Shown in pieces: positions 25,976-38,699 of a stretch of DNA of 64,000 bases. The DNA comes from Octopus vulgaris (taxonomy: Eukaryota), in NCBI GenBank assembly GCA_951406725.2, contig OX597815.1, positions 208,072,001 through 208,136,000 on the forward strand, given 5' to 3'. Below the pieces are notes generated by a model. The model made no database searches. It was not told where the DNA came from and saw nothing but the letters and a program-made list of their open reading frames with translations. The translations under genes and the position numbers were made by a program. Numbering within the stretch: position 1 is the first letter of the stretch; each line of letters begins with the position of its first letter.

Positions 25976-26309
25976 TATGGACACTGGAATTCAGATTTAC
26001 AAATGGATGGACAATATAAATAGATAAAGGCAGATACAGAACACTTAAGTACTAGCCACTTTAGTTTTCTACTTGAAAGTAAACGATGTCAGAGTAAAAG
26101 TAATGAAGGAAAAAAAAAGTGAAGCACAAGAAAGTGTCAGGCAATCAAGTCTGCTTGGACTATTGGATACAAGATCAATAAAATTTTAGTGTACACTCTG
26201 TTAAGTGGCTGGCATTAGGAAGGGCAGCTAGCTGTGAAAACCTTGCCAAAGCAGATACTGGAGCCCAGTGCAGTTCTCTGGCTAGTCAGATCATATCGAG
26301 CCAGCTGAA

Positions 26310-26347
<38 letters not shown>

Positions 26348-26348
<1 letters not shown>

Positions 26349-26650
26349 GGAGGTGCAATGGCCTAGTGGTTAGCGCAGCGGACTCGCGGTTGTAAGATCG
26401 CGGTTTCGATTCCCAGACCGAGCGTTGTGAGTGTTTATTGAGCGAAAACACCTAACAGCTCCACGAGGCTCCGGCAGGGGGTGGTGATCCCTGCTGTACT
26501 CTTTCACCACTCTTTCTTCTGCTGGCCTGCTCGCTTAGCCAGCGGGGTGGCGTCATTCGAAGGCTAAAACAATGCGAATGCATTGTGACCAGCGATGTGT
26601 AACTACATCTGATGGACTGGTCGGTCACGTGATGATGACGTGATGATGAT
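26348..26650 (+). mobile_element. Family C SINE with tail type 1
   Basis: GGAGGTGCAATGGCCTAGTGG A box, GGTTTCGATTCC B box, tail ..GAAGGCTAAAACAATGCG..GGTCGGTCACGTGAT. Confidence 0.88.
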
Positions 26651-27008
26651 ATATTTATAAAATTATATCAAGCGAGCTAGGATGAAACGATCTGTCTCCA
26701 GCATGCTTAAAATGCTGATACCTTTAAAAAGCTACCAAATTAACTACCAGCTAATTAACGTGAGATCTTTTAATTTTCTCTCACTAGCCCACCTTCAGCC
26801 ATGTGTATATCTAGCTGGAGTTTTGGGTAGTTTTTTGAAAGTATCGGCACTTCAAGCATGCTGGAGACAGGTCGTTTTCATCCTAGCTCCCTTGGTGTAA
26901 TTATATACATATGTACATTATTATTAATTTAATGTATTAATTGCCTATAAATTGCTATAGCATGCTGATTACTTGATTAACATGATTTTTGTCCTTATAT
27001 TCTTATAT

Positions 27009-27051
<43 letters not shown>

Positions 27052-27280
27052 TGTCAAGTCTAATTGTGTTTATCTGCATCACTACATCCACACATATGCG
27101 ATGGATTTCTTTTAGTTTCTGTCAATCAGATCCACTAATAAGGCTTTACATTGATTGGTCAGTCAAGGCTACAGGGGAAGACACTTGCCAAAAGTGCCGT
27201 GTAGTGAGACTGAACCTGGAGCCATCTGACTGGGAAGCAAACTTTTTACCACACAGCCACTATAAAATGTTCTAATAATT

Positions 27281-27668
27281 GATGGAAGCACTCCGTCAGT
27301 TACGACGACGAGGGTTCCGGTTGATCCGAATCAACGGAACAGCCTGCTCGTGAAATTAATGTGTAAGTGGCTGAGCACTCCACAGACACATGCACCCTTA
27401 ACGTAGTTCTCGGGGATATTCAGCGTGACACAGAGAGTGACAAGGCCAGCCCTTTGAAATACAGGTACAACAGAAACAGGAAGTAAGAGTGAGAGAAAGC
27501 TGTGGTGAAAGAGTACAGCAGGGATCACCACCATCCCCTGCCGGAGCCTCGTGTAGCTTTTAGGTGTTTTCGCTCAATAAACACTCACAACGCCCGGTCT
27601 GGGAATCGAAACCACGATCCTATGACTGCGAGTCCGCTGCCCTAACCACTGGGCCATTGCGCCTCCAC
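27281..27668 (-). mobile_element. Family C head with tail type 2 (tail shared with family D)
   Basis: 10-bp TSD TCTAATAATT (27271-27280, 27669-27678); head as in 26348, tail as in 19388. Confidence 0.9.
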
Positions 27669-28114
27669 TCTAATAATTAACCACTGGAGCAAAGTTTAAC
27701 AGTTATCAGTAGCAACTGGTAGTACCATAAATCATTCATATTGGATACCATTTATTCCTTAAATAAATAATAATAGTGCTCCAGTATGGCCACATGGAAC
27801 TAGCTAAAATCAGAAAAATAATAAAAGGAGGAAGTAATAAAAATAAAACAACGAAGCACGCAAACTGTTTTCCACTTGACTAATGCTACATTTTCTAACA
27901 CAACCGATGTTTCATTGACAACCAGTAAAAACTTATTGTCAGTGATATGACAAATTTGAAATGTTAAATTTACTACTGAGAAAGAAAAAGGGAAAATCAG
28001 GAAATATTTTGCCAGAAGTAATGTTTTATTTCAGTCAGTGGTTCTGCGATACAAACATTATGTATAAACTTGTGTGGAGGTGGGGGTCAAATTATTTTTG
28101 CAGCATATATGAGA

Positions 28115-28484
28115 GGCGTAGGAGTGGCTGTGTGGTAAGTAGCAGCTTGCTTACTAACCACATGGTTCCGGGTTCAGTCCCACTGCATGGCACCTTGGGC
28201 AAGTGTCTTCTACTATAGCCTCGGGCTGACCAAAGCCTTCTGAGTGGATTTGGTAGACGGAAACTGAAAGAAGCCTCTCGTATATATATATGTGTGTGTG
28301 TGTATGTATATGTTTGTGTGTCTGTGTTTGTCCCCCCAACAACACTTGACAACCGATGCTGGTGTGTTTACGTCCTTGTCACTTAGTGGTTTGGCAAGAG
28401 AGACTGATAGAATAAGTACTAGGCTTACAGAGAATAAGTCCTGGGGTCGATTTGCTCGACTACATGACTGAAACGAATAAAAGA
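28115..28484 (+). mobile_element. Family A SINE with deletion in the tail
   Basis: Collinear with 7908-8319. Confidence 0.88.
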
Positions 28485-28534
28485 ATATACTTACATATGA
28501 ATGTTTGTATGTGCTTATACACTTTTACTCATTT

Positions 28535-28792
28535 ACTTATTCTTTGTAAGCCTAGTACTTATTCTATTAGTCTCTTTTGCCAAACTGCTAAGTTACGGGG
28601 ACGTAAACGCACCAGCATTGGTTGTCAAGCGATGTTGGGGTGACAAACACAGACACAAAAACATACACTCATATATATGTACATATAGATATATACAACG
28701 AGCTCCTTTCAGTTTCTGTCTACCAAATCCATTCACAAGGCTTTGGTTGGCCCGAGGCTATAGTAGAAGACACTTGCCCAAAGTGTCATGCA
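28535..28792 (-). mobile_element. Family A SINE central part, inverted relative to 28115
   Basis: CTTATTCTTTGTAAGCCTAGTACTT..GACACTTGCCCAAAGTG. Confidence 0.85.
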
Positions 28793-29299
28793 ATTGCCCA
28801 AAGCACCATAAAGTGGTGAAAAGAAAACACCAATCCTGAATGGATTTCATTTAAGAATCCAAAGAACCAAAAGTAAACACTGTAAAGGATGTAAGACAAT
28901 GTTGACCTTGACCTTTCATCCCTTCAGGGCTTCATAGAGTAAAGTACCAGTCAAGTACTTGGGTCGATGTAATCAACTATTCTCCTCCCTCCAAAATTGT
29001 TGGCCTTGCGCCAAAATTTGAAACAATAAAGGTGGAAAGCAGGCAGAACCTTCGGTGCATTGAAGAAAATGCATTGCGTCTTTTCCTATGTTGGGTCCAG
29101 TTCCTGCTGAGGTCCACTTTGCCATTCATCTTTTCGAAGTTTGATAACATAAAGTACCAGTCTATTCTCGGAGTTCATATAATCGGAAACCGCCTCCCTT
29201 TAAAATTACTGGCCCTTGGACCAAAATTTTAAATAATTCTTCTTCTTATAATTTTTGAAAAGAAGGAATACTGCAAGAGTAACAAGTGATGTTCTTAGG

Positions 29300-30420
29300 A
29301 AGGATAATGTGTTTGATACAAATCTTTTGATAAATTTCTTGGTTATAAGCAGAGGGTTAAAAAAAAGTTATGATGGATTTGAAATATAAAGGAAAAACCT
29401 AGTCAAATGGGAATGATTTAACAAAAGTATAGAGAAACCTAGAATAGTTTCAGTTACAAAGTGTGTAATGACTGTAGTTTGATTTAGCAAAGTACATATA
29501 GAGATGCTTGACAGAATAATTTTCAGAATCTCAAGAGAAAATATTCATGCAAGAGATGAAAGGTTATTTCATGAGGAAAAAAAAAAAATGCTGGAAGAGA
29601 CGTTGAATATGGTTGAGTATGAAAGATATATTTACTAGAAAACAAAAGTGAATGTGGTGTGTTTTATAGTGAGGAAAAAGTAAATGGAAGAAGAACTACA
29701 AAGGAAAGAAAGATGAAAAATGAATAATATTCCGTTGAAATAAAAGTAAAAATATTGGCAACAAAGAAAAAAAAAACTTAGTTGATGTAGAAAAGAGAGA
29801 ATTCGGTTGAGAGGTCTGATTGAGTTGGTAAAGAATGATTGGAAGGAAATCTGGTAAAATTTGAAAACTGTAAAAGCTGGTGAGATATGAAAAAAATATA
29901 TAACAAAGAAAATGGCAAAAGATATTAAGAAGTAAGACTTTAGCAGTATTAAGATAAATCTCCAGAAAGGGAAATATTTAAGAGCTTAGGTCACAAAAGC
30001 TGTGGACAGCTAAGCCGTAACATGAATTTGGGGAAAAATTTGTCATATCACCAATTTACAATATCATAAGTTGTAATATGAACACTGAAGAAACTGGAAA
30101 AGAAATAAGTTATATCAGATTTATACATGATATGCAAAAGAAACAGAAAAACTGTTGAAATTTGCATTTTGGATCTAAAATACTGATGCTGAAGGCCGCA
30201 ATAATTTATTGGTGTTTCTGGCAGTGGTTTTGGCAGAGAATAAGGATTGATTAAAAGGAACTGGTGTGACAGATAAGCCAAACTGGAGAAAGAAGGAAAG
30301 ATACTGTACTGGGAATTAAGCATATCATATGTGCACAGCCAGATTAACCACTAGAAAATACGTTCAAGTGTTTAGAGCATGATGGGAAATGGAAACTACA
30401 GTTTTTCCAGAGTTGGATTT
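29300..30420 (+). mobile_element. Highly decayed non-LTR retrotransposon 3' region, possibly R4/Dong-like
   Basis: Purine-biased coding-like strand with remnants resembling a CCHC knuckle and a restriction-like endonuclease region; many stops and frameshifts. Confidence 0.3.
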
Positions 30421-30469
30421 ATCTTGGAAAATTACGACAGATTTTTAATAAATATAAATTCCAAAGGAA

Positions 30470-30795
30470 ATTGTAGTAAAGACACCCGTGCTGGTGACAC
30501 GTAAAAGGCACCGTCCGAATGTGGCAGATGCCAGCGTCGCCTGACTGGCGTTCATGTCGGTGACACGTAAAAGCACCAACCCATTGTGGCAGTTTGCCAG
30601 CCTGCTCTGGCCCCTGTGCTGGTGGCACGTAAAAAACACCCACTACACTCACGGAGAGATTGGCGTTAGGAAGGGCATCCAGCTGTAGAAATACTGCCAA
30701 ATCAGACTAGAGCCTGGTGCAGCCTCCATGGCTTCCAGACCCTGGTCCAACCCATGCTAGCATGGAAAACGGACGTTAAATGAAGATGATGATAA
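30470..30795 (+). mobile_element. Family E element
   Basis: Three GGTG(A/G)CACGTAAAA units, GGAAGGGCATCCAGC, GAT tail. Confidence 0.85.
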
Positions 30796-31159
30796 ATGTT
30801 GAAATTTTCGTTTTTCCTGTTTTCTTACAAATAAGTAAATAATTTGTTTAGATTGTTTAGTACTAGTTACTGTAAAAAATAGGAAATTTAAGAAATAGGT
30901 TTACATAGTTGTGAGGTCTAAATTAGGGAATGTCTGGAAGGAAGTGGAATTTTTAATCTGAAATTATGCATGCAACCATTTCTCATACTTTATTGCAGTG
31001 CCATTTAAGCAATAAAAAGGTCAGGTGGGAAGGCATTGTTGGGTTGTGCCTAGAGCTTCAGTTGGCTTTAATCTGGCTCTGTATGTGGAAAACTACAACT
31101 ATTACAATTCTAGATTTAATTTTGCAAAGAATTTGTGAAAAGTGCTCATGGGTTTAATA

Positions 31160-31545
31160 ACAAATCCACTCACAAGGCTTTGGTCAGCCTGGGGCTATAG
31201 TAGAAGATGCTTGCCCAAGGTGCCACGCAGTAAGACTTGAACCCGGAACCTATTTCTTTACTACCCACAAGGGGCTAAACACAGAGAGGACGAACAAGGA
31301 CAGACAAAGGGATTAAGTCGATTATATCGACCCCAGTGCGTAACTGGTACTTATTTAATCGACCCCGAAAGAATGAAAGGCAAAGTCGATCTCGGCGGAA
31401 TTTGAACTCAGAACATAACGGCAGACAAAGTACTGCTTAGCATTTCGCCCGGCGTGCTAACGTTTCTGCCAGCTCGCCACCTTAAAACCCGGAACCATGT
31501 GGTTGGTAAGCAAGCTACTTACCACACAGCCACTCCTGCGCCTAT
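31160..31545 (-). mobile_element. Family A SINE 5' half interrupted by family B
   Basis: Family A sequence resumes after the insert at the duplicated AACCCGGAACC. Confidence 0.85.
31251..31485 (-). mobile_element. Family B SINE nested in family A
   Basis: 11-bp TSD AACCCGGAACC (31240-31250, 31486-31496). Confidence 0.9.
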
Positions 31546-32443
31546 GTACAATAAGTTGGTTATACTTCTACAATACAGAAAATATTTTAACAATTTTTTT
31601 AATCAGTTCCTAATAATATTTAATTATAAAAATGTAGGATTTTTATTTTATACATCAAATAGCTATAAGACCCACTCTAATAAAATAGGAATCAAAGGGG
31701 TTCCATAGATAAAAAATGTTTGAGGACTACAACCCTAGATACACGAGGCCCCTGGGCAACTGCCTACTGAGCCCATGTCTTAAGACAGCACTATAAAGAA
31801 TTCATACTTATAAAAACCAGCAGTACAAAATTGGCAGGCATTTTATTAGCGTGCTGTGCTGCGATGATCTTGAGAAGTCACTTCTGTAGTTACACTCAGA
31901 ACAAACTTTTACTGATAATTACAGATGAATTTGTGGTCGGATTTTGAATCTAGCCTTCATTATAGGCTGTGTGTAATGACTGATGAGGCACAGACCAATG
32001 CAGAGTTGATGATTCATTTAATAAATATTCATTGTTTCATGAGATGCAATCAGTCAAGCTATGCCAAAGTAAGTGTAGCCTCACTAATTGCCTTGCTTGA
32101 AATTATGAGTGAGTTTGGAAGAAATCTTTGATTTTAAGAGGCTAATTGCCACACACACACTCACACACATTTTGCTTGTCACTATGCAAAATTCTTATGT
32201 ACTGTGAACAGACCACAGTGGTGCGTGGAAGATGTGTATTTGTGTAGCATTTAATATTCAGCTAATACATGTTTTATATAATCCGCTCTACTTAAAAGCA
32301 CTGAATCTTTGCATACATACTTTGTATCCTGCCTTTTTCCTAGAACAAACATAAACAAAGCTATACTCTAATACATGTATTGAATACTATTGTTCCTGTT
32401 TACATTTTGAATGTAAACGTGTGTGTATATGTGTATATGTATA

Positions 32444-32523
32444 TCTATATATATAAAGCTGAAGTTGTCTGTATGTAGCAGGTTTGGTAGCCTTCAACTT
32501 ACACTATCTCCTCCGAGACCCTG
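32444..32523 (+). mobile_element. Possible Helitron 5' terminus, truncated
   Basis: A|TCTATATATATAAAGCTGAAGTTGTCTGT.. fits the A|TC start and TCTATATATATAAA leader of many non-autonomous Helitrons; no 3' end nearby. Confidence 0.4.
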
Positions 32524-32894
32524 TATGTGTGTGTGTGTGTGCTCATTTCTTTGTAGTTTTGCATTGAGTCTTGCTTGAGCAGTGGTAGCCTTGTTTATAT
32601 TCCACATAAATAAAGAAAACGTCCAGTACCTTAGTGGCTCAATGTGTGAAGATGTGGAATAAAACAACTTACTTGTAAACAATGTTTTGGCATCAGGAAG
32701 GGCACACATACACAAATACACACACACAGAGTTTGCTTCCACCAAATCGACTCACAGGATTTTTGTCGGCCCAGTGGTATATAGTAGAAGACACTTGTCC
32801 AAGGTGCCATGCAGTGGGACTGAACCCAGAACCATGTGCTCGGGAAGTGAACTTCTTACCACACACCCATGTCTGCACCTTTTTTTTTTCTTTT

Positions 32895-33293
32895 TTCTTT
32901 TACTTGTTTCAGTCACTTGACTGCGGCCATGCTGGAGCACCGCCTTTTAGTCGAGCAAATCGACCCCAGGACTTATTCTTTGTAAGCCCAGTACTTATTC
33001 TATCGGTCTCTTTTGCCCAACCATTAAGTAACGGGGACGTAAACACACCAGCCTTGGTTGTCACGCGATGTTGGAGGGACAAACACAGACACACAAACAC
33101 ACATACACACACTCATATATACATATATATATATACGACGGGCTTCTTTCAGTTTCCGTCTACCAAATCCACTCACAAGGCTTTGGTCGGCCCGAGGCTA
33201 TAGTAGCAGACACTTGCCCAAAGTGCCATGCAGTGGGACTGAACCCGGAACCATGTGGTTGGTAAACGAGCTACTTACCACATAGCCACTCCT
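32895..33293 (-). mobile_element. Family A SINE, near full length (older 5' half copy adjacent at about 32708-32880)
   Basis: Reverse complement of 7908-8319. Confidence 0.9.
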
Positions 33294-33858
33294 TTGTAAT
33301 TTTTTTTTTAAAGACTCTCTTTGTTTTCGAAGCAACTTCTTACTATAAATAGCAAGTTTTCACATGATGCAAAAGACCATTAGGATAAAACAGATAAATG
33401 TCATAGGCAACATCATCAACATATCAGTTTTTTTTTTTTCCTATTCCTAATGGATCTTTCCAGAAGGAAACATTTGATTTCTCCTAATTATCTCAACTGA
33501 AACTTAACAACATGACAGAATATCACAGGAAATAGAACAGCGTGTTTCTCATGTTTAAGTTCAACACTCTGGTCCATTATCCTGTCCATCATAATACATA
33601 AACTTACTTCTGCTATCTATACTCAGGAGAGAGATTAGAGTATCTCTATGCTTCCATCTCTGCCGTTCTATAGATTTTTGAATCGCTAAATTAAACGGAA
33701 TACTTCCAGCTTCTATGACTTCAACAGCATTTATGATTTAAGAGGAGCAAGCATTACAGTCTCCGAATAATTCTCATCTCCAAATTAGCAATGTGGAATA
33801 TTTATATTTCATTACTCTTTATATCGATCCAATTTTATTTTATAGCATGGAGTCGGGG

Positions 33859-33859
<1 letters not shown>

Positions 33860-33911
<52 letters not shown>

Positions 33912-33922
33912 CTATATGTATG

Positions 33923-33967
<45 letters not shown>

Positions 33968-34036
33968 GTTTGTATATATATATATATGTATGTATGTATA
34001 TGTATATATATATATATGTATATGTATATATATATG

Positions 34037-34068
<32 letters not shown>

Positions 34069-34200
34069 TATCTTCCTCCTCCTCATCATCATCGCTTAAC
34101 GTCCGTTTTCCGCACTAGCACGCGTTGGACGATATTTATTTGTTTATATATATATACTTATATATATTTACATATATACATACATACATATATATATATA

Positions 34201-34248
<48 letters not shown>

Positions 34249-34258
34249 CATGCATACA

Positions 34259-34297
<39 letters not shown>

Positions 34298-34313
34298 GAT
34301 GATGATGATGATG

Positions 34314-34345
<32 letters not shown>
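33860..34345. repeat. (TA)n-rich microsatellite with a small family E tail fragment
   Basis: Direct inspection. Confidence 0.9.
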
Positions 34346-34349
<4 letters not shown>

Positions 34350-34456
34350 TGGAGTTTATGTTATATATTCTGTTCCTTTAAATCATACGATCTCAAGCTA
34401 ACTTTGCTCTTCTTATTGGAGACTGGTGAGAGAGCCATAAGAAATGTAGGCATTAA

Positions 34457-34684
34457 CCTTTTAGCATTCGGATCGCTCTGTCAAATGTTGAGCTAATTTA
34501 TTGACGTTGTTTTGAATTAATCGCACACCGTCTCATAGCTTTTGAAATTTTGATGATGCGGTAGTATATTTTTAGAACAACATTGTAAGGTAGATATGTG
34601 AGGCTAGATCTGACCGGTGGCTTGAACATAAATCAAGTTGAATATTTATTTTGGTCAGACATAACTGATTTAAATGCTAAAGGG
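34457..34684. mobile_element. piggyBac-like MITE
   Basis: TTAA|CCTTTTAGCATT..AATGCTAAAGGG|TTAA: terminal inverted repeats plus TTAA target duplication. Confidence 0.82.
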
Positions 34685-34877
34685 TTAAAACATTGTCTAC
34701 AAATATATATTTTGAAATCTAGAGTACCCTAACTGTGCCAGTAGACAACATAGATGATAACATTCAGCTCTGTTGACAATATAGTGTTCTGCTTTCACTT
34801 CTACTTTTCTATAGATACTTTTGATCCTACTTATATATATATATATATATAATAATAAATATATATATATATATATG

Positions 34878-35141
34878 GCCCCGTGCTGGTGACACGTAAA
34901 ATAACCATCCGTTCGTGGCCGTTTGCCAGCTCTGTCTGGCACCTGTGCGGGTGGCACGTAAAAAGCACCCACTACACTCACGGAGTGGTTGGCGTTAGGA
35001 AGGGCATCCAGCCGTAGAAACACTGCCAGATCTGACTGAGCCTGATGAAGCCTTCCAGCTTCACAGACCCCAGTTGAACCGTCCAACCCATGCTAGCATG
35101 GAGAACGGACGCTAAATGATGATGATGATGATGATGATGAT
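34878..35141 (+). mobile_element. Family E element
   Basis: Near identical to 3966-4140 plus (GAT)n tail. Confidence 0.87.
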
Positions 35142-35350
35142 ATTGGTAAAAACGGTAAGATAACAAAAGAAAGAAAGAGATCTCAATATTATGTAAATAG
35201 AGGAAATTTATCTATAAAATAATATGTTACAATTACTCAATAGTCAATATATATATATATATATATATAGACCCCGGTCAAACCATCCAGCCAATGCTAG
35301 CATGGAAAACGGACGTTTAAACGAAGATGATGATATATATATATATATAT

Positions 35351-35545
35351 CCTGTGCCTGTGACACGTAAAAAGCACCCCCTACACTCTCGGAGTGGTTG
35401 GCATTAGGAAGGGTATCCAGCTATAGAAACTCTACCAGATCAAGATTGGAGCCTGGTGCAGCCATCTGGTTCGCCAGCCCTCAGTCAAAATCGCCCAACC
35501 CATGCTAGCATGGAAAGCGGACGTTAAACGATGATGATGATGATA
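35351..35545 (+). mobile_element. Family E element
   Basis: Same motifs; 3' subfamily like the 15690 copy. Confidence 0.85.
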
Positions 35546-35643
35546 TATATATATACATATATATGTATGAGTGTGTGTGTGTCTGTGAGTATGTATATAC
35601 ACCATAAGTTCAAACATATACACGTTTTTCTTTCTTTTGGAAT

Positions 35644-35680
<37 letters not shown>

Positions 35681-35914
35681 CAACATGATTACAGGTTAAG
35701 AAGGTTGCTTTCCATCAATCTGATTTCAGCTTTATGTAATATCTTCTGTTATCCTTTAAGTTTTGAGCTCAAATTATGTCAAGGTCAATTTTGCATTCAT
35801 CTTTTTGGGGTTAATTAAAAAATTACTAGTCAAGTACTGGAGCTGATCTAATCGGCCTGCAGCCCACCCCAAATACCAAGCCTTGTACAATATTAGAAAC
35901 AGTCATTTTTATTA

Positions 35915-36380
35915 GGGCAGTGTGCTGGCAGAATCTTTAGCACTTTGGGTGAAAGACTTATTTCTTTACTGCCCACAAGGGGCTACACACAGAGGGGACA
36001 AATAAGAACAGACAAACGGATTAAGTCGATTATATCGACCCCAGTGCGTAACTGGTACTTATTTAATTGACCCCGAAAGGATGAAAGGCAAAGTCGACCT
36101 CAGCGGAATTTGAACTCAGAACATAACGGCAGACGAAGTACCGCTTAGCATTTTGCCTGGCATGCTAACGTTTCGGCCAGCTCAATGCCTTTCTCTGGGT
36201 GAAAGTCTTAGCAACATTGTGTCCATCTTTATGTTCTGAATTCAAATTTCACTGAGGTCGACTTGGCCTTACCTCCTTTCAGAGTTGATAAATTAAGTAC
36301 CAGTGGAATACTGGTGGCTGATGTAACCGACTATCCCCCGCCTCAAAATTTCAGACCTCGTGCCTATAGTAGAAAGGATT
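35915..36380 (+). mobile_element. Old family B SINE interrupted by a younger inverted family B copy
   Basis: Head GTGCTGGCAGAATC at about 35920; body resumes after 36210. Confidence 0.7.
35961..36195 (-). mobile_element. Family B SINE (nested)
   Basis: 15-bp TSD TGGGTGAAAG(A/T)CTTA (35946-35960, 36196-36210). Confidence 0.88.
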
Positions 36381-36404
36381 ATTATTATTATTATTATTAT
36401 TATT

Positions 36405-36913
36405 GAGTGAGAGAGCAGTGCATGCCATCAAAGTGACACTGGGGTAAAATATACGAAGCCCAATATACCCATCATGACTACCCGTCTGATAAAGGTACAC
36501 CAGGCACATGCATCACAACCATATGTGCGCGACATGGTGATCTCATATCAAGATAAACAGCACATGACCTTGCAGGTGGGGCCCAGTTAGAATTTTCTTC
36601 AGGTTGAGTAGCCCATCCCGCTCAAAAGGTCCCTGAATAAGGATTGTTTAAGGATGTTGAAAGAACCACCCATGTTTCCAGAGGTGAATTATTCAAACCC
36701 CAAAGGATCCCTCTCAACACATGGCTATGATGCTCCCCCACTACTTCTGCTCGTGATCAGAGATGCACATATCGTCAGCCACTAAGGGACATGCTCAACT
36801 GGTTACGGTCAAACAACTGACAAGCAAATCTGTGGTATTGAGCAGAATATTGGCTGTAGCCCATCTTTTATACCAAGACAAAACAATGTACATGATAACA
36901 CTTCCAATCAGTT
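36405..36913 (-). mobile_element. Putative 5'-truncated retroelement 3' region with (AAT)n tail
   Basis: GC-richer block bounded by ATT repeats, with the longer tract on the left as expected for a minus-strand tail; single copy in the window. Confidence 0.45.
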
Positions 36914-37021
36914 ATTATTATTATTCAAGTGGTGGACTGTCTGAATTGCTAAGTTTTGTATAAAATACACTAGTTTACTGCATGAGAACATATATATTTA
37001 ACACACATAGGTTATACAGAC

Positions 37022-37073
<52 letters not shown>

Positions 37074-37111
37074 GAAAGAAGGTTTGAAAACGCAATTTAA
37101 AAGATGTTTAT

Positions 37112-37156
37112 TTACTTTACCGGTTTCATTCTTTGGAAAAAGTTTGTCAAAAGTAA
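37112..37156 (-). ncRNA. Type-I hammerhead motif, U3-A8 variant
   Basis: Minus strand TTACTT-TTGACAA-ACTTTTTCCAAAGAAT-GAAA-CCGG-TA-AAGTAA. Confidence 0.62.
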
Positions 37157-37305
37157 CATGTAGAAGTTTGGTTGCGTTAATTATTGGTTGTTGCAAATTG
37201 CTACATTACATATAACATTACATATAACCCTGTTACCAAAGACTGTATATATGTAATGTAGCAATTTGCAACAACCAATAATTAACGCAACCAAACTTCT
37301 ACATG

Positions 37306-37350
37306 TTACTTTTGACAATCTTTTTTCAAAGAGTGAAACCGGTAAAGTAA
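37306..37350 (+). ncRNA. Type-I hammerhead motif, U3-A8 variant
   Basis: TTACTT-TTGACAA-TCTTTTTTCAAAGAGT-GAAA-CCGG-TA-AAGTAA: 6-bp stem I, palindromic ACCGGT stem III, GUA site. Confidence 0.65.
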
Positions 37351-37586
37351 ATAAACATCTTTTAAATTGCATTTTCAAACCTTCTTTCGTATATAATTCC
37401 ACTCGTGCGGTACCCCACAACTCCACTTTGTTATATATATATAATTATTGGTTGTTGCAAATTATTGGTTGTTGCAAATTGCTACATTACATATAACATT
37501 ACATATAACCCTGTTACCAAAGCATGTATATATGTATTGTAGCAATTTGCAACAACCAATAATTAACGCAACCAAACTTCTACATG

Positions 37587-37631
37587 TTACTTTTGACAAT
37601 CTTTTTTCAAAGAGTGAAACCGGTAAAGTAA
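37587..37631 (+). ncRNA. Type-I hammerhead motif, U3-A8 variant (tandem copy)
   Basis: Same sequence as 37306-37350, 281 nt downstream. Confidence 0.65.
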
Positions 37632-37718
37632 ATAAACATCTTTTAAATTGCATTTTCAAACCTTCTTTCGTATATAATTCCACTCGTGCGGTACCCCACA
37701 ACTCTACTTTGTTATATA

Positions 37719-37754
<36 letters not shown>

Positions 37755-38339
37755 TGTATGTATATATGTCCTACATTTGCGTGTTAAGTGTTATGATGAA
37801 TATCACTTCAAATGTGATAATAACCATATTAGTTTAATATTTTAAGGTTTTAACAGACTTATGTGTAGAGGCCAGCTGCAAACCATGCTTTGAATGCAGC
37901 AAGCATTTGAATTTATGCAACAATCTCTGGTTTCTTCTACTTCAGCCTCTATAAATTGTTGATATATTTCTACTGTGAGATTATTTATTATTTCTTCAGA
38001 TTTTTGTTGTTTATTATAGTCTTCTCTTTTTCCTTCTTTGTTTTTTCTTTTTCTTAATTTATAAATTCAAAGAAGATTCTTGTCATTCTTTTAGACAACA
38101 CAGATGGGAAATAAGTATCGATATGAATATTTCAAATTTTATCGAATAACAACCAAAATGTCGTGTAAAACTTGAATAAGACATCCCTTTTGCCTTTATA
38201 AATTTTCAATACAAAATTATATGTGTGTGTGTGTGTGTGTGTGCGCGCGTACGTGTGTGCATGTATATTTTCTCACACACACATACACACACATTTATAT
38301 GTATAAGTTTCCTTTCGATGTAAATTGGATTAATAAATT

Positions 38340-38345
38340 TATTTA

Positions 38346-38378
<33 letters not shown>

Positions 38379-38397
38379 GTGATTATTATTATTATTA

Positions 38398-38444
<47 letters not shown>

Positions 38445-38492
38445 TTTATTATTGTGATTATTATTATTTATACTATTATTATTATTATTATT
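38340..38492. repeat. (ATT)n microsatellite
   Basis: Direct inspection. Confidence 0.93.
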
Positions 38493-38699
38493 TGTTTCAT
38501 ATTTGAATTTTGTTTGCTGCTACTTATTTTATTCGCTCCAGATACTCTATTCCATGTGTTTAGAAGTTGAAAATTACAAATTGATATTTCATTTAGAGAA
38601 AGATTTAAAAAACGAATTAACAGTTTTAATTTCTTTCCTATTCTATTATTCTTATAATCATTCCTAACTTTTCCCCCTTTATTTTCATGTATTTTTTTT

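Larger units (their letters stand above)
37067..37712. mobile_element. Fold-back plus tandem Penelope pLTR/retrozyme-like element in (TA)n
   Basis: 148-bp inverted arms 37067-37214 / 37248-37395 (4 mismatches by eye), a 3' extension, then a direct repeat with 281-bp period. Confidence 0.78.
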
